From contig NC_068994.1 in assembly GCF_001194135.2 (NCBI RefSeq), positions 27,330,551 through 27,394,550 of the forward strand: a DNA stretch of 64,000 nt. Reading direction: 5' to 3'. Below are positions 63,487-64,000 of the stretch, piece after piece. Numbering within the stretch: the stretch's first letter is position 1; each line of letters starts with the position of its first letter. A program made the position numbers and the translations under genes. Under the pieces are notes generated by a model that had not been told where the DNA came from, searched no databases, and was given only the letters and a program-made list of their open reading frames with translations. The stretch comes from Octopus bimaculoides (Eukaryota).

Positions 63487-63768
63487 ACACACACACCTAT
63501 GTACACGTGTTAAAGTAAGTTAGGCCTCTTGAAAAGGAAAGCCTAACTTTAACAACTTCAGTTGGACTTGCCGCTGGTTGCACATTTAAAACATCGTACA
63601 CATATTCCTTATGAAAATACTTATAAGCTGTGACCATCTTGAAACACGTGTTAAGACATAACATGCTTTTTCTTTATTTTATTATCTGTAATTTGCACTC
63701 CATGTCTCAAGCTTAATTGTGTTTATCTACTTTTCTTACTATCTCTTTCTCTATCTCTCACTGTCTCA

Positions 63769-63802
<34 letters not shown>

Positions 63803-64000
63803 TTATTAATATTTCTAAGTCTCTCTAAAGGAGACTACGGCAGCGGTACTGGAAATTAATAGTTATCGCCAAGCCAACATGGCAGTCCCAAAATTAGGAC
63901 GAAAGCTGCCGTGAATTAGCTCCAAGAAGCCATCGCCTCTAGCTAGCTATGTGACACACGAACCTGTGTCCTTTATAACCTTCGAACAGGGGAGGTCAGC

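Noticed and set aside
63885-63915. gtcc...ggacGAAA on the + strand, resembling hammerhead stem II
   Set aside because: The upstream heptamer is CATGGCA rather than CUGANGA, and G-U pairs favour the opposite strand.

Overview
AT-rich, microsatellite-dense animal DNA from a gapped short-read scaffold. The SINE and LINE families look like those of Octopus, but that assignment is inferred. I can support only two host exons, both on the + strand: 3175-3293 (119 nt) and 57507-57596 (90 nt). They splice in frame to ...SSLIVQDEYIFVQ|KQHFDRNELYVSYRRESFKKAHFP..., which matches the VPS10 beta-propeller of SorCS-type sorting receptors. About 54 kb of the window (3294-57506) is therefore one intron. It is filled with decayed mobile elements: R4/Dong-like, CRE-like and RTE LINEs, a Penelope-like GIY-YIG element, a Gypsy relic, a Helitron Rep relic, several Tc1/mariner elements, hAT and piggyBac-like MITEs, a 560-bp foldback element and many SINEs. 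Almost all entries in the ORF track are artefacts of microsatellites and N-gaps. Two kinds of signal are not explained by these features. The first is an unassigned RNA structure present twice (26497-26550 +, 63916-63971 -), whose hairpin substitutions are all compensatory or wobble-preserving. The second is a set of minimal type-I hammerhead-like motifs linked to Penelope-type remnants. Boundaries of old TE relics are approximate.
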